Source of the DNA: Gammaproteobacteria bacterium
GTDB lineage: Bacteria; Pseudomonadota; Gammaproteobacteria; Eutrophobiales; Eutrophobiaceae
Direction of reading: 5' to 3'
DNA: 64,000 nucleotides
NCBI GenBank assembly: GCA_965226155.1
Contig: OZ245331.1
Coordinates: forward strand, 1,082,605-1,146,604
Of the stretch, positions 43,153 through 52,267 are shown piece by piece (the stretch's first letter is position 1; each line of letters starts with the position of its first letter). Both the position numbers and the translations under genes were made by a program. The notes under the pieces were generated by a model. The model had not been told where the DNA came from. It made no database searches and saw only the letters and a program-made list of their open reading frames with translations.

Positions 43153-44394
43153 CTATGGGCGGATGCTGGTACGGTCCGGATCGCCGTCGAATGTTCCAGC
43201 CGTGTCGGGCCGCAAGTTTATCTCCCAGTATGAGAACAGGGGTAATCGCCTGGCGAGAATAACAACCATAGCAAGGAAACCGGCCAACAGCCCAATCGAC
43301 AGGCCCACGTTCAGCAAATTATCGAGCGGACGATCATTGGGTGAGAAAACCGGAATGACCATCAGGTACTTGTTTATCCAGATACCCAGGTTGATGCCGA
43401 GTCCGATGATACACATCGCCAATAACGATCGATTAAAGATGGCGAAAATTAAGGCGATAAAGGGGACGAAGAAACAGCCGGCCATCATGGTCCAATAATA
43501 AGGCGCGTAATGTCCGTACATTTGGCGCCACAAGGGTTCGGTTTCGTGGGGCAGGTTGCCAAACCAAATCACAAAGAACTGAGCCCAGAAAAAATACAGC
43601 CACAACAGCATAAAGGCGGTGATCAACATGCTGAGTTGACGGATTTGGCGGGGTCCAAAGTAGGATCCCGCTGTTGAGAAACGGCCAAGAATCACCGGGA
43701 TCACCATCAGCGCAGCCGTCCCCGCATACAGGTTACCGAACCAGAAGTGAATCGGAAACACGGTACTGTGCCAGTGTGGAATAAGCATCATGGCGAAATC
43801 CCAGGCAAAAAAAGTGTTACAGATTACGAAACTGATCAGAACCAGAGGTGACAATAAATAAAGTTGGCACGCTACTTCACGATGGTCGACATCATGCGAT
43901 CCCGCAAGATCGGGCCGTATGGCCTTTACAACGTAGACTGTACTCAGTCCGTAGAACAATAACAGGCCAAAGAGTTGCCTCAACAACAACCAGTTACTGT
44001 TCAACCATGGACTAAGATGTTCGTCAGGGGAGGCCGAGAGCCAATAGAAGAGATCTTCTTTGGCGTAGTAATAAATCAGCAGGAAGCCCAAGATGGCGAA
44101 CGGGAAAAACGCCATGGTGCTGAGCTCGGCGACCCGATAGTAAGGCTTGGACCATTCTGCGCCGACCAGGCGGCAGATGGCGCAAAATACAACGCCAGCC
44201 TGGCTCACGCCCATGAGAAATAGAAACGAAACGATAAGCAAACCAAACTCGGGCTGAATAGTCTCATTAGTCGCCCCGTAAACGGGACCTGCAAATCCTA
44301 CAAGGGTCAATGCGATTAGCGCCCAATGCGCAACATTGCCTCGTTGACGTGGCAGAGGGTGCTGGACGATTACTGAGGACTGTTCGGCGCTCAT
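43153..44394 (-). CDS. actF: Alternative Complex III subunit ActF (NrfD/PsrC-like polytopic membrane subunit)
   Basis: 413 aa with ~10 TM segments; last gene of the actABCDEF series; NrfD-like topology. Confidence 0.65.
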   Translation of the reverse strand: MSAEQSSVIVQHPLPRQRGNVAHWALIALTLVGFAGPVYGATNETIQPEFGLLIVSFLFLMGVSQAGVVFCAICRLVGAEWSKPYYRVAELSTMAFFPFAILGFLLIYYYAKEDLFYWLSASPDEHLSPWLNSNWLLLRQLFGLLLFYGLSTVYVVKAIRPDLAGSHDVDHREVACQLYLLSPLVLISFVICNTFFAWDFAMMLIPHWHSTVFPIHFWFGNLYAGTAALMVIPVILGRFSTAGSYFGPRQIRQLSMLITAFMLLWLYFFWAQFFVIWFGNLPHETEPLWRQMYGHYAPYYWTMMAGCFFVPFIALIFAIFNRSLLAMCIIGLGINLGIWINKYLMVIPVFSPNDRPLDNLLNVGLSIGLLAGFLAMVVILARRLPLFSYWEINLRPDTAGTFDGDPDRTSIRP

Positions 44395-44930
44395 TGGTTC
44401 CCAAACTGGTGTTTAACGTAATTGATGACGTTCCACCGTTCCTCCGCGTTTAACGCGTCACGGTAGAACGGCATCAGCTCCCGACCGCGCGTGAGCGTAA
44501 AGAACATCTGCCCGTCGGCCTGGTCCTGAGTATAGTCATCATTAAAGTCCACCGGGGCTTTGGTGATAAATTTTTTCCCGACCGGTCCTTCGCCTCGGCC
44601 TTGTGGGCCGTGACAGACTAGGCAGTTCATCTCGTAGAGATACTTCCCCCGGGCCAGTGATTCTACGGTCGCGGGCACTGGATTTGGCACTGCCGCCGCT
44701 GCATCCTTGGCCTCGTCCATGCCGACATTGGTCGTTGGCGCCGGCAGGGTTTCGCCGCCCACGATGGGAACCGAACCGGGCTCCGCGGGCGCCGGTGATC
44801 TCTGAGGTTTGGCTCCCGGCTGATCGACCATGTCCTGATCCCAGGGATAGCCCCAGCTGAGACCCGTCTGGCCTAATAGCAGCAATACCGTGATAGCACG
44901 GATAAACCTCTTTACAGCTTCTCTCATCAA
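44391..44930 (-). CDS. actE: Alternative Complex III subunit ActE (monoheme cytochrome c)
   Basis: 179 aa; signal peptide; single CxxCH (CLVCH); 4-nt overlaps with both neighbours. Confidence 0.7.
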   Translation of the reverse strand: MMREAVKRFIRAITVLLLLGQTGLSWGYPWDQDMVDQPGAKPQRSPAPAEPGSVPIVGGETLPAPTTNVGMDEAKDAAAAVPNPVPATVESLARGKYLYEMNCLVCHGPQGRGEGPVGKKFITKAPVDFNDDYTQDQADGQMFFTLTRGRELMPFYRDALNAEERWNVINYVKHQFGNQ

Positions 44931-45436
44931 TTCTCCTCCACCATTTCCCGGACCTGTTCAGCGCCGGCCTCACGCAGGATGGCTTCAGCGTGTTTGAAGT
45001 GTTCGTCGTCGTAGGCCACCATCACTGCAAATTTGTCGACCGCCGTTTCCGGCGCGTAGACGCGGTTGCGGATAGCGGGCAGCCGTGAGCTGATAAAAAA
45101 GCCCAGTACCGTAAACACGATGCCGAACAAGATGGTCATTTCGTAAGTAATAATCAAATACGGAGGCAAGGTAATGATGGGTCGACCACCGGTTGGGTGC
45201 GGATAGAGCACGGCGGTGCCCGCTGCAAGTACAAAGCCCGATATGCCGCCGATCAGTGCACCAAAAAATGTAAAGTGCTTGATCACGGATTTTTTCTCAC
45301 CGAGCACTTCTTCCACACCCTCAACCGGGACCGGCGACATAAGCTCCGGGGTGGCAAAGCCGGCGCCTTTGAGCTTGCCCGCCGCTGCCAGGGCCGAGCG
45401 AGGTTCGTTAAAGAGTCCTAGAGCAATGTTTGTCAT
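44927..45436 (-). CDS. actD: Alternative Complex III subunit ActD (DUF3341-like membrane protein)
   Basis: 169 aa, two TM helices; position between actC and actE. Confidence 0.65.
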   Translation of the reverse strand: MTNIALGLFNEPRSALAAAGKLKGAGFATPELMSPVPVEGVEEVLGEKKSVIKHFTFFGALIGGISGFVLAAGTAVLYPHPTGGRPIITLPPYLIITYEMTILFGIVFTVLGFFISSRLPAIRNRVYAPETAVDKFAVMVAYDDEHFKHAEAILREAGAEQVREMVEEN

Positions 45437-46779
45437 GCAGGACTCCGATGGACGGCGGCCGTGGCCTTGGGGGTGTCCATGGTTTCCTTCACTTCGTACA
45501 TAGACACACTGGGAAATATCTTGACGAACAGAAGAAACAGCGTCACGAATAGCGTGAGAGACCCTACCAAAATCGAGATCTCAACCAGACTGGGTACGTA
45601 CAGGCCCCAGGCGTCCGGTAGGTATTGCCGCGACAGCGAGGTGGCGATAATGAGGAAACGCTCCGTGTACATGCCGATATTAATTGCAATCGACAATATC
45701 AGCATGGGCACGAACGAGGTTCGAAAGCGCTTGAATATGCACAGTAGCGGCGCTACCGCGCAGAACGCAATCATCTCCCAGTACAATGGGGCGTAATAAC
45801 CGAATAATTTATACCTCAGCGCTTCGTGCTCGGTGGAAGTGCCGCTATACCAGCCGGTAAATAGCTCGATCACATTGATATAGGTCCAGATCAACGAAAG
45901 CATTAGCAACAGTTTACCCAGATTGTCGAAATGGATTTTGGTGATGTATTGTTCGAAGTTCATATATTTTCTGAGTACGAACATCACCGTGACGATACCG
46001 GCAGTGCCGGAGTAGATGGCGCCGACCACGAAATACGGTGCAAAGATGGTCTGGTGTAGCGCCGGCACGATGGACATGGCGAAATCCCAGGAGACGATGC
46101 TGTGCACCGAGACCGCCAGTGGAATGATGAGGACCGCGAGAAACGTGTAGGCCCAATGTAAGCGGTGCCATTCCTTGTCAGTTCCACGCCAGCCCAGGGA
46201 CAGCAAGGTATACATGTGGTTGCGCCAGCCGCTGGTGCGATCTCTGACCGCGGCGAAATCTGGGATGGAACCCATATAAATGAAGATTGAACTACCTGTC
46301 AGATAGGTGGTGATGGCCATGACGTCAAACAGCAATGGAGAGCGAAAATTAGGCCACATTTCCATTTGATTAGGATAGGGCAGTGCCCAATGAATGAACC
46401 ATGGACGCCCAACGTGCACCATCACCATGGTAGCAGCCACCATCAGTGAAAAAAGCGTCATGGCCTCTGCGCTTCGATACATAGCTTTACGCCAAGAACT
46501 ATTGGTCAGGTGCAGAACGCAGGACAGCAAAGTGCCTGAATGGCTGAGGCCTATCCAAAAGACAAAGCTGGCGAGATACGTTCCCCAGACTCCGGGGTGA
46601 TTCATCCCAGCCGCGCCAATGCCATAATAGAGCTGATAGAACCAGGGGAAAAAGAAGCACAGTAGGGTTATGCTGCCAGCGATCGCTAGCGTGACATAAT
46701 AGTTGGGACCCGTTTCCAAAATGGACCTTACAACGTCCTGGTGGACGTCGGCGTACTGCAAGTCGTTCGTTTTAGCCAT
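45433..46779 (-). CDS. actC: Alternative Complex III subunit ActC (NrfD-family quinol-interacting membrane subunit)
   Basis: 448 aa polytopic NrfD/PsrC-like protein immediately after the FeS subunit. Confidence 0.75.
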   Translation of the reverse strand: MAKTNDLQYADVHQDVVRSILETGPNYYVTLAIAGSITLLCFFFPWFYQLYYGIGAAGMNHPGVWGTYLASFVFWIGLSHSGTLLSCVLHLTNSSWRKAMYRSAEAMTLFSLMVAATMVMVHVGRPWFIHWALPYPNQMEMWPNFRSPLLFDVMAITTYLTGSSIFIYMGSIPDFAAVRDRTSGWRNHMYTLLSLGWRGTDKEWHRLHWAYTFLAVLIIPLAVSVHSIVSWDFAMSIVPALHQTIFAPYFVVGAIYSGTAGIVTVMFVLRKYMNFEQYITKIHFDNLGKLLLMLSLIWTYINVIELFTGWYSGTSTEHEALRYKLFGYYAPLYWEMIAFCAVAPLLCIFKRFRTSFVPMLILSIAINIGMYTERFLIIATSLSRQYLPDAWGLYVPSLVEISILVGSLTLFVTLFLLFVKIFPSVSMYEVKETMDTPKATAAVHRSPA

Positions 46780-46781
46780 AG

Positions 46782-47546
46782 TTACACTTTTTCGTCAACT
46801 TTTTTCAGGTAGACGATGGACGGGTCGGTGTTCAGCTCGTCCAACACTCGATAGCCGCGTGGATCATTCATCGATTTGGAAACTTGACTTTCTGGATCCT
46901 TGCGATCACCGAAGACCAAGGCTTGGGTGGGGCAGGTCTGTACACAGGCCGGTTGAACCTCGCCGTCGCGCACTCGCCTACGGCCGTCGTCTTTGGCGGT
47001 ATCTTTGGCCTGGCGGATGCGCTGGATGCAGAAGGTGCATTTCTCCATCACTCCCTTTTCGCGCACAGTCACGTCGGGATTCAATTGCTGGTCCAGCGGG
47101 CTGTCCCAGTGATGATCGTTGTAATTGAAGTAACGGACCTCATAGGGACAATAGACCGCACAAGAGCGGGTTCCAATACAGCGATTGTAGATCTGGGTGT
47201 TGAGACCGTCCTGGTTGTGATAGGTGGCGCTTACCGGACACACCGTCTCGCACGGCGCCGAATCACAGTGTTGGCATAACATCGGGATGAAGCGAAGCTT
47301 GACGTTAGGGTACTCCCCCTCCCAGTAGCGTTCGATCCGGATCCACTTCACCTCTCTGCCCTTGGCGAACGCCTTCTCGCCGACGATGGGTAGATTATTC
47401 TCAGCCTGACAGGCGGTCACACAAGCCTCGCAGCCGGTGCATCGATCGAGGTCGATGGTCATCGCCCAGTGGTAGTCGAATTCGTCGTAGTAGCCGGGCT
47501 TTCGGTATTTCCGCCAGCTGTTGGTAAATCGGTCCAGTAAGCTCAT
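46782..47546 (-). CDS. actB: Alternative Complex III FeS subunit ActB2 (4Fe-4S ferredoxin-type)
   Basis: 254 aa with multiple Cys clusters (CTGCEACVTAC, CQHCDSAPCETVCP, CIGTRSCAVYCP, CTFCIQR) typical of the PsrB-like FeS module. Confidence 0.8.
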   Translation of the reverse strand: MSLLDRFTNSWRKYRKPGYYDEFDYHWAMTIDLDRCTGCEACVTACQAENNLPIVGEKAFAKGREVKWIRIERYWEGEYPNVKLRFIPMLCQHCDSAPCETVCPVSATYHNQDGLNTQIYNRCIGTRSCAVYCPYEVRYFNYNDHHWDSPLDQQLNPDVTVREKGVMEKCTFCIQRIRQAKDTAKDDGRRRVRDGEVQPACVQTCPTQALVFGDRKDPESQVSKSMNDPRGYRVLDELNTDPSIVYLKKVDEKV

Positions 47547-49831
47547 GTTGATACCACCGTTATTGGGATACTGTTCAGTTTAGCGCTAGCATTCTGGCGA
47601 GTTGTGCCACCAGTTGTTGGCACGATCTCTCTGCCCAGTTCGCGCGAGTTACCGCCGGTCTTCACCAGATCGACCCGGCGCCCGGTGGCAACGATCTTCA
47701 CCCGCGTGGCGCTCGAAGCAAGTCCGCCCGTGTGTGGTTCCATCTGCGGGCTAAGGATTTCAATCGGGTTGGCGCCGCGGTCTTTAGCATAGCGGCCGTA
47801 TTCGCTGTGACCTTGTCCAATAGGCATCGCGATGACGTCGGGCATGATGGCTGGATAAATGTAAACCGGCGCACGGATCTGCCCGTGTTCGGACTCAATG
47901 TCGACCAAAGCCCCCTCCGTTAAACCTAGCTGCTTCGCAGTAGCCGGATTAATTTCCACCCAGGACCCGTAGACCACGCTGGTCAGAGGGTCCGGTAGTT
48001 CCTGCATCCAGGGCAAATTAGCAGCACTGCCATCATGCAAGGCAGTTGAAAGATAAGGGTGCAGGATAAACGGATACTCTTCAATTGACCCAGAAAATTC
48101 GGGGGGCTGGACGCCAATGCTGTCAATGACACCTTTGTCTATGGTAATTGATGACTCGCGGCGTGTTGTTTCTCCCCATACGCCGGCCTTTAGGATCGCC
48201 GTCCAGAACAAATCGAAACTTTCCGTACCTGTTTGTGGACCACCGCGCTCGTAGATCTGGCGCCAACTGTCCTTTATATAATCTTCCATGCTGCTCCACG
48301 GGATTGCGTTACTTAAGCCCAGCTGTTGCGCTAGACTCAGGATAATGTCTCCGGTCGCTCGGGTGTTGTACAGGGGCGATACTACCGGTTGCGAGACGGC
48401 GCCGATGCGGAAACCCACACCCGGTTCCGGAAAGTCGTCGCCCCAGCTTTCCAGGTAAGTGTGGCTCGGTAGGATCAAGTCTGCTAGCACCGTGGTTTCA
48501 TCCAGGAAACTGGACAAGCTGACAACCAGCGGTATCTTAGTCAGCGCCTCTTTGAACCCGACCACCAATGGCATAGTAAATACCGGGTTGGTGTCATTGA
48601 GGATCAAAACCTCGATGTTGCCCTGCTGCGCATCCTCAGCGAGTTCGAGCATCGTACGATAACTGGCTTGGCGCTGGTGAGAGACCTGGCCTGCGGTTAC
48701 TGGGTTGAACACCAGCCCACCTGTCTTGCCGATGTTGTCAACCAGATAATTGAGTGCATTGACCGCAACCAAGTTGTCGACACCATTGGTATTGCTACCC
48801 GCGCCTCCGCCGCCAATGGCAAGGCTAGGGTCGGTGTGAAAAAACGTGTCGGCCAACCGGGTGATGGTGGCCTCCGGGACGTCGGTCTGTTCGGCCACCT
48901 TGGGAGCCGAGTAATCGGCAAGTATAGCTACCCAGTCGTCGTGATCGGCTCCCTGGTAGAGGCCTTTGGAGACTATATGGTGGGCCAGGCCCAGGGCCAA
49001 AATACCCTCCGTGCCGGGTCTGCTAGCAATCCACTCATCTGCAGCAGCGCCGCTTAGAGACATCCTCGGTTCGATCTGAACAAACTGCCCCCTGATATCG
49101 GGCCGGCCCTGGCGGCTGTCGCCATAGCCGAGGCTGTGATGCACGGGGGAAATCCAGCTTCCGAGGAAATCGGCCCCGAAAGACAGCAGAAAACGGGTAT
49201 TTTTTAAATCGTAATAAGGCAGGTTCTTCTCACCAAAGAATCGGTTGTTGGCCTCATACAAGGTATGCGGATGGTCAAAATCGTAGTGCAGCAGACGTTC
49301 GGAGCCCAGTTGGCCCATAAATCGTTCAAATAGTTGCGCCAGATTTCCGCGGACACCCTGGCTCAGCAAACAAACGCGGTTGCCCCGCCCTGCAGCTACT
49401 AACAAGTCCAGGCGCTTAGCGAGTTTGCTTAAGCCCTCTTCCCAGGTGATTTGCGCGAAGGACATGGAGCCGCGCTCTGCAGTTTGTTGCAACGGACCAG
49501 TCAATCGATCTGGGTTGTACAAGACTTGAAGTCCTGACTGGCCCATGGCGCAAAGCCGGCCCTGGTTGACAGGATGCGAAGGATTGCCTTCAATCTTTTT
49601 GGCGCGTCCTTCTCGGGTCCGTACGGAGATACCACAACCAGCCGTACACATCTGGCATACTGAGTTATACCATGTGGCGATTCCAGTGCTGAAGTCCTCG
49701 GGCGCCATCACATGAGGGATCAGATACTCCGTCGGGTGCTTGATTGATTCTCTCAGCATGAACCCGGCACCTGCCCCTACGCCTGCGGCGCCAACCAGCT
49801 TGAGAAATTCTCTGCGTTCTATATTTGGCAT
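47543..49831 (-). CDS. actB: Alternative Complex III subunit ActB1 (molybdopterin-oxidoreductase-like domain, Tat signal)
   Basis: 762 aa; twin-arginine signal RREFLKLVGAAGVGAGAG; MopB-like fold; split B1/B2 arrangement. Confidence 0.8.
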   Translation of the reverse strand: MPNIERREFLKLVGAAGVGAGAGFMLRESIKHPTEYLIPHVMAPEDFSTGIATWYNSVCQMCTAGCGISVRTREGRAKKIEGNPSHPVNQGRLCAMGQSGLQVLYNPDRLTGPLQQTAERGSMSFAQITWEEGLSKLAKRLDLLVAAGRGNRVCLLSQGVRGNLAQLFERFMGQLGSERLLHYDFDHPHTLYEANNRFFGEKNLPYYDLKNTRFLLSFGADFLGSWISPVHHSLGYGDSRQGRPDIRGQFVQIEPRMSLSGAAADEWIASRPGTEGILALGLAHHIVSKGLYQGADHDDWVAILADYSAPKVAEQTDVPEATITRLADTFFHTDPSLAIGGGGAGSNTNGVDNLVAVNALNYLVDNIGKTGGLVFNPVTAGQVSHQRQASYRTMLELAEDAQQGNIEVLILNDTNPVFTMPLVVGFKEALTKIPLVVSLSSFLDETTVLADLILPSHTYLESWGDDFPEPGVGFRIGAVSQPVVSPLYNTRATGDIILSLAQQLGLSNAIPWSSMEDYIKDSWRQIYERGGPQTGTESFDLFWTAILKAGVWGETTRRESSITIDKGVIDSIGVQPPEFSGSIEEYPFILHPYLSTALHDGSAANLPWMQELPDPLTSVVYGSWVEINPATAKQLGLTEGALVDIESEHGQIRAPVYIYPAIMPDVIAMPIGQGHSEYGRYAKDRGANPIEILSPQMEPHTGGLASSATRVKIVATGRRVDLVKTGGNSRELGREIVPTTGGTTRQNASAKLNSIPITVVST

Positions 49832-49843
49832 AACATTCTTCTC

Positions 49844-50416
49844 TTACTTATGACAAGTCCAACAATCCAGGCCGTTCTCTACCTCATGTTGCTTGTGGCA
49901 GTTGAGGCACAAACCCATTTCCCAAGGACTGTCCAGCTGGATAGATCCATCAATTGCCCTGCTGGTCACATGAATTTTGTCCATGGTTTCAACGGGTCCG
50001 TGGCAGGTTTGGCACTCAATGCCTGCCAATACGTGGCGTTTATGAGTGAAGTGAACGAAATCTGGCAGATCATGAACTTTGATCCAGGGGATGGGCTCTT
50101 TATTGTCCCAGTAGCTGATTAGTTTGCGTATCTGTGGCCGCTCCGTTGCGACCTCGTTGTGACAACCTACACATTTTGAGACGCTGGGGACCCCGGCGTT
50201 TATGGAACGGCGCGCCTGGGTATGACAATACATGCACTGGATCTCATTGTCGCCAGCGTGGACCTTGTGGCTGAACGCGATAGGTTGTTCCGGGCTAGTG
50301 CCCGGAAAGAACGCCGCGTTTGCCCAATAGCCTCCCACCAGACCGAGCAATACGGCGGTGGTTACCAGTGCCGCTGGCTTTAGTACTCTTAATGCCGGGA
50401 CAATTGAAACGTTCAT
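49844..50416 (-). CDS. actA: Alternative Complex III subunit ActA (pentaheme cytochrome c)
   Basis: 190 aa with N-terminal TM anchor and five CxxCH motifs (CMYCH, CVGCH, CQTCH, CLNCH, CWTCH). Confidence 0.8.
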   Translation of the reverse strand: MNVSIVPALRVLKPAALVTTAVLLGLVGGYWANAAFFPGTSPEQPIAFSHKVHAGDNEIQCMYCHTQARRSINAGVPSVSKCVGCHNEVATERPQIRKLISYWDNKEPIPWIKVHDLPDFVHFTHKRHVLAGIECQTCHGPVETMDKIHVTSRAIDGSIQLDSPWEMGLCLNCHKQHEVENGLDCWTCHK

Positions 50417-50761
50417 CTATTCCGCGCTCCGAGTTACCAAACCCAGGGTTTCTCCAAACCCGTCACCGAACTCGTGGATCGAGCTGGCCATGTCCGCATT
50501 CTTTGTTGCCCGTAAATAAGTGTCAGCCATCTTATGAATTACTTGGTAGAAATAGAGGTTCATGTCGTCGACGGTCGTATCTTTAATCCATAGATCGATC
50601 GCGGCAGTCGTCTTGTTTTCGTTGTCCCAGACTGAAAGCATCATCGACTGACATAAAACCGGGCCGTTTTCTTGCCCCTCTGAGGCTTGCCATTCGATTC
50701 GAGTTGGCAAATCGTCGCTGTCAAGGTCGACGGTCAATTTGATTTCTGCAGTTCTTGACAT
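50417..50761 (-). CDS. Small acidic cytoplasmic protein, possibly GldC-like (low confidence), between coxC and actA
   Basis: 114 aa; no TM or signal; resemblance to GldC-family proteins (IKLTVDLD...RIEW...MLSVWD...IDLW.KD...MADTY.RAT) recalled from memory, not searched. Confidence 0.4.
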   Translation of the reverse strand: MSRTAEIKLTVDLDSDDLPTRIEWQASEGQENGPVLCQSMMLSVWDNENKTTAAIDLWIKDTTVDDMNLYFYQVIHKMADTYLRATKNADMASSIHEFGDGFGETLGLVTRSAE

Positions 50762-50813
50762 TAATTTTATTCTATTCGCTTGTTTTTAACGTTGTGTTTG
50801 TAAGCAGATTCTT

Positions 50814-51698
50814 CTAAAACCAGTATACAAATGTAAAAAGAAATAGCCATATCACATCCACGAAGTGCCAATACCAGCTCACAGCTTCAAAGGCGAAATG
50901 GTTTTCCGGGGTGAAATGGCCACTGAAACAACGCAGCAACATGACAGTCAGCATGATCGTTCCCATGGTTACATGCACGCCGTGGAACCCGGTCAGCATA
51001 AAGAAGGTCGAGCCGTAAATTCCAGCTCCCAGATTCAGGCCCAACTCGTTGTAGGCATGGATGTACTCAACGGCCTGCAAGGTCAGGAAGGTCGCGCCCA
51101 GAACTACGGTAATAGCTAGCCAGATTTGTAACGGTAATCTTTGGTTTTTTCTTAGTGCCCAATGAGCAAACGTGACCGTGACGCTACTGGTGACCAGAAT
51201 GACAGTATTGATAAAGGGCAGACCCCACGCCTCCATCGCCTCGGTAGCATCGCCGCTGGGGGTCATAAACAGCGGCCAGGTATCTGCGAAGTTGGGCCAT
51301 AACAGCACGTGTGTTTCCAGATTATTGCCCGCTCCGGCCAGCCATGGTACAGAAATGATCCGGGCGTAAAAAAGCGCACCGAAAAACGCGGCGAAGAACA
51401 TGACTTCTGAAAGAATGAACCAGGCCATGCCCATGCGATAGGTACGGTCGAGCAAATTACTGTTCATGCCTTTGACAGATTCCCTGATGACGGTCCCAAA
51501 CCAGCCGAACATCATGAACGCGACCAGGGCCAGTCCGGTGTAGAAGATCGGTTCCCCGTAACTGCCATCGGCTGTGACCTTTTCAGTGCTCTGGTGGATG
51601 AAGGTGGCGCCACCGAAGGCGGTCACAAACAGCGCAATAGACCCGATAATGGGCCAGGGGCTGGAGTGTGGGACGTAGTAGCGGGGCGCTTCACTCAT
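50814..51698 (-). CDS. coxC: Cytochrome c oxidase subunit III (intact, high-GC copy)
   Basis: 294 aa, 7 TM, conserved HFVDVIWLFLF C-terminal region. Confidence 0.9.
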   Translation of the reverse strand: MSEAPRYYVPHSSPWPIIGSIALFVTAFGGATFIHQSTEKVTADGSYGEPIFYTGLALVAFMMFGWFGTVIRESVKGMNSNLLDRTYRMGMAWFILSEVMFFAAFFGALFYARIISVPWLAGAGNNLETHVLLWPNFADTWPLFMTPSGDATEAMEAWGLPFINTVILVTSSVTVTFAHWALRKNQRLPLQIWLAITVVLGATFLTLQAVEYIHAYNELGLNLGAGIYGSTFFMLTGFHGVHVTMGTIMLTVMLLRCFSGHFTPENHFAFEAVSWYWHFVDVIWLFLFTFVYWF

Positions 51699-52267
51699 TG
51701 CTGATCACTCGCAAGCATCGCAACAGTGCTCGTGGTCTGAACTGTAGGCACCTTGTACAGGGCATAAGACAAACTGAGGGTATGGATCTCCTTCGGTAGA
51801 TCGTCGCCGATATAAAACCTCACGGGCATCCGCCGATCTTCACCATCCTCTAGGAGTTGTTGAGTGAAGCAAAAACATTCAATTTTATGCAGATACTCAG
51901 CAGCGTAACCCGGCGCCACGCTGGGCACGGCTTGTCCAGTCACCGCCTGAGTGGCGAGGTTACGGGCGTAGTAGTCAGTGCTGTTGATTTCCCCCAGTCG
52001 AACCCGCAGCTGATTTTCTGTTGGCCGAAACTCCCATGGCATGCCGTTACCGACGTGGGCCAGGAACTGGATCGTCACTTTGCGATCAGAGATTTGCGAG
52101 ACTATGGCGGGGTCAGCCGCGCGCCCGGCGGTTTTGCCGTTCAGCCCGGTCACCTCGCAAAAGAGCTCGTAAAGCGGCACCAGGGCGTAAGCAAACCCAA
52201 ACATACCGAAAGCCAGCAAAGAAAGCAGAATTACATGCTTACGCTGATTGTTGCGTGTCTCAATCAT
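51695..52267 (-). CDS. ctaG: Cytochrome c oxidase assembly protein CtaG/Cox11 (high-GC copy)
   Basis: Start set at MIETRNNQ (ATG 52265-52267), 5 nt after the coxA stop; CFCF motif; the longer ORF to 52402 overlaps coxA. Confidence 0.8.
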   Translation of the reverse strand: MIETRNNQRKHVILLSLLAFGMFGFAYALVPLYELFCEVTGLNGKTAGRAADPAIVSQISDRKVTIQFLAHVGNGMPWEFRPTENQLRVRLGEINSTDYYARNLATQAVTGQAVPSVAPGYAAEYLHKIECFCFTQQLLEDGEDRRMPVRFYIGDDLPKEIHTLSLSYALYKVPTVQTTSTVAMLASDQQ

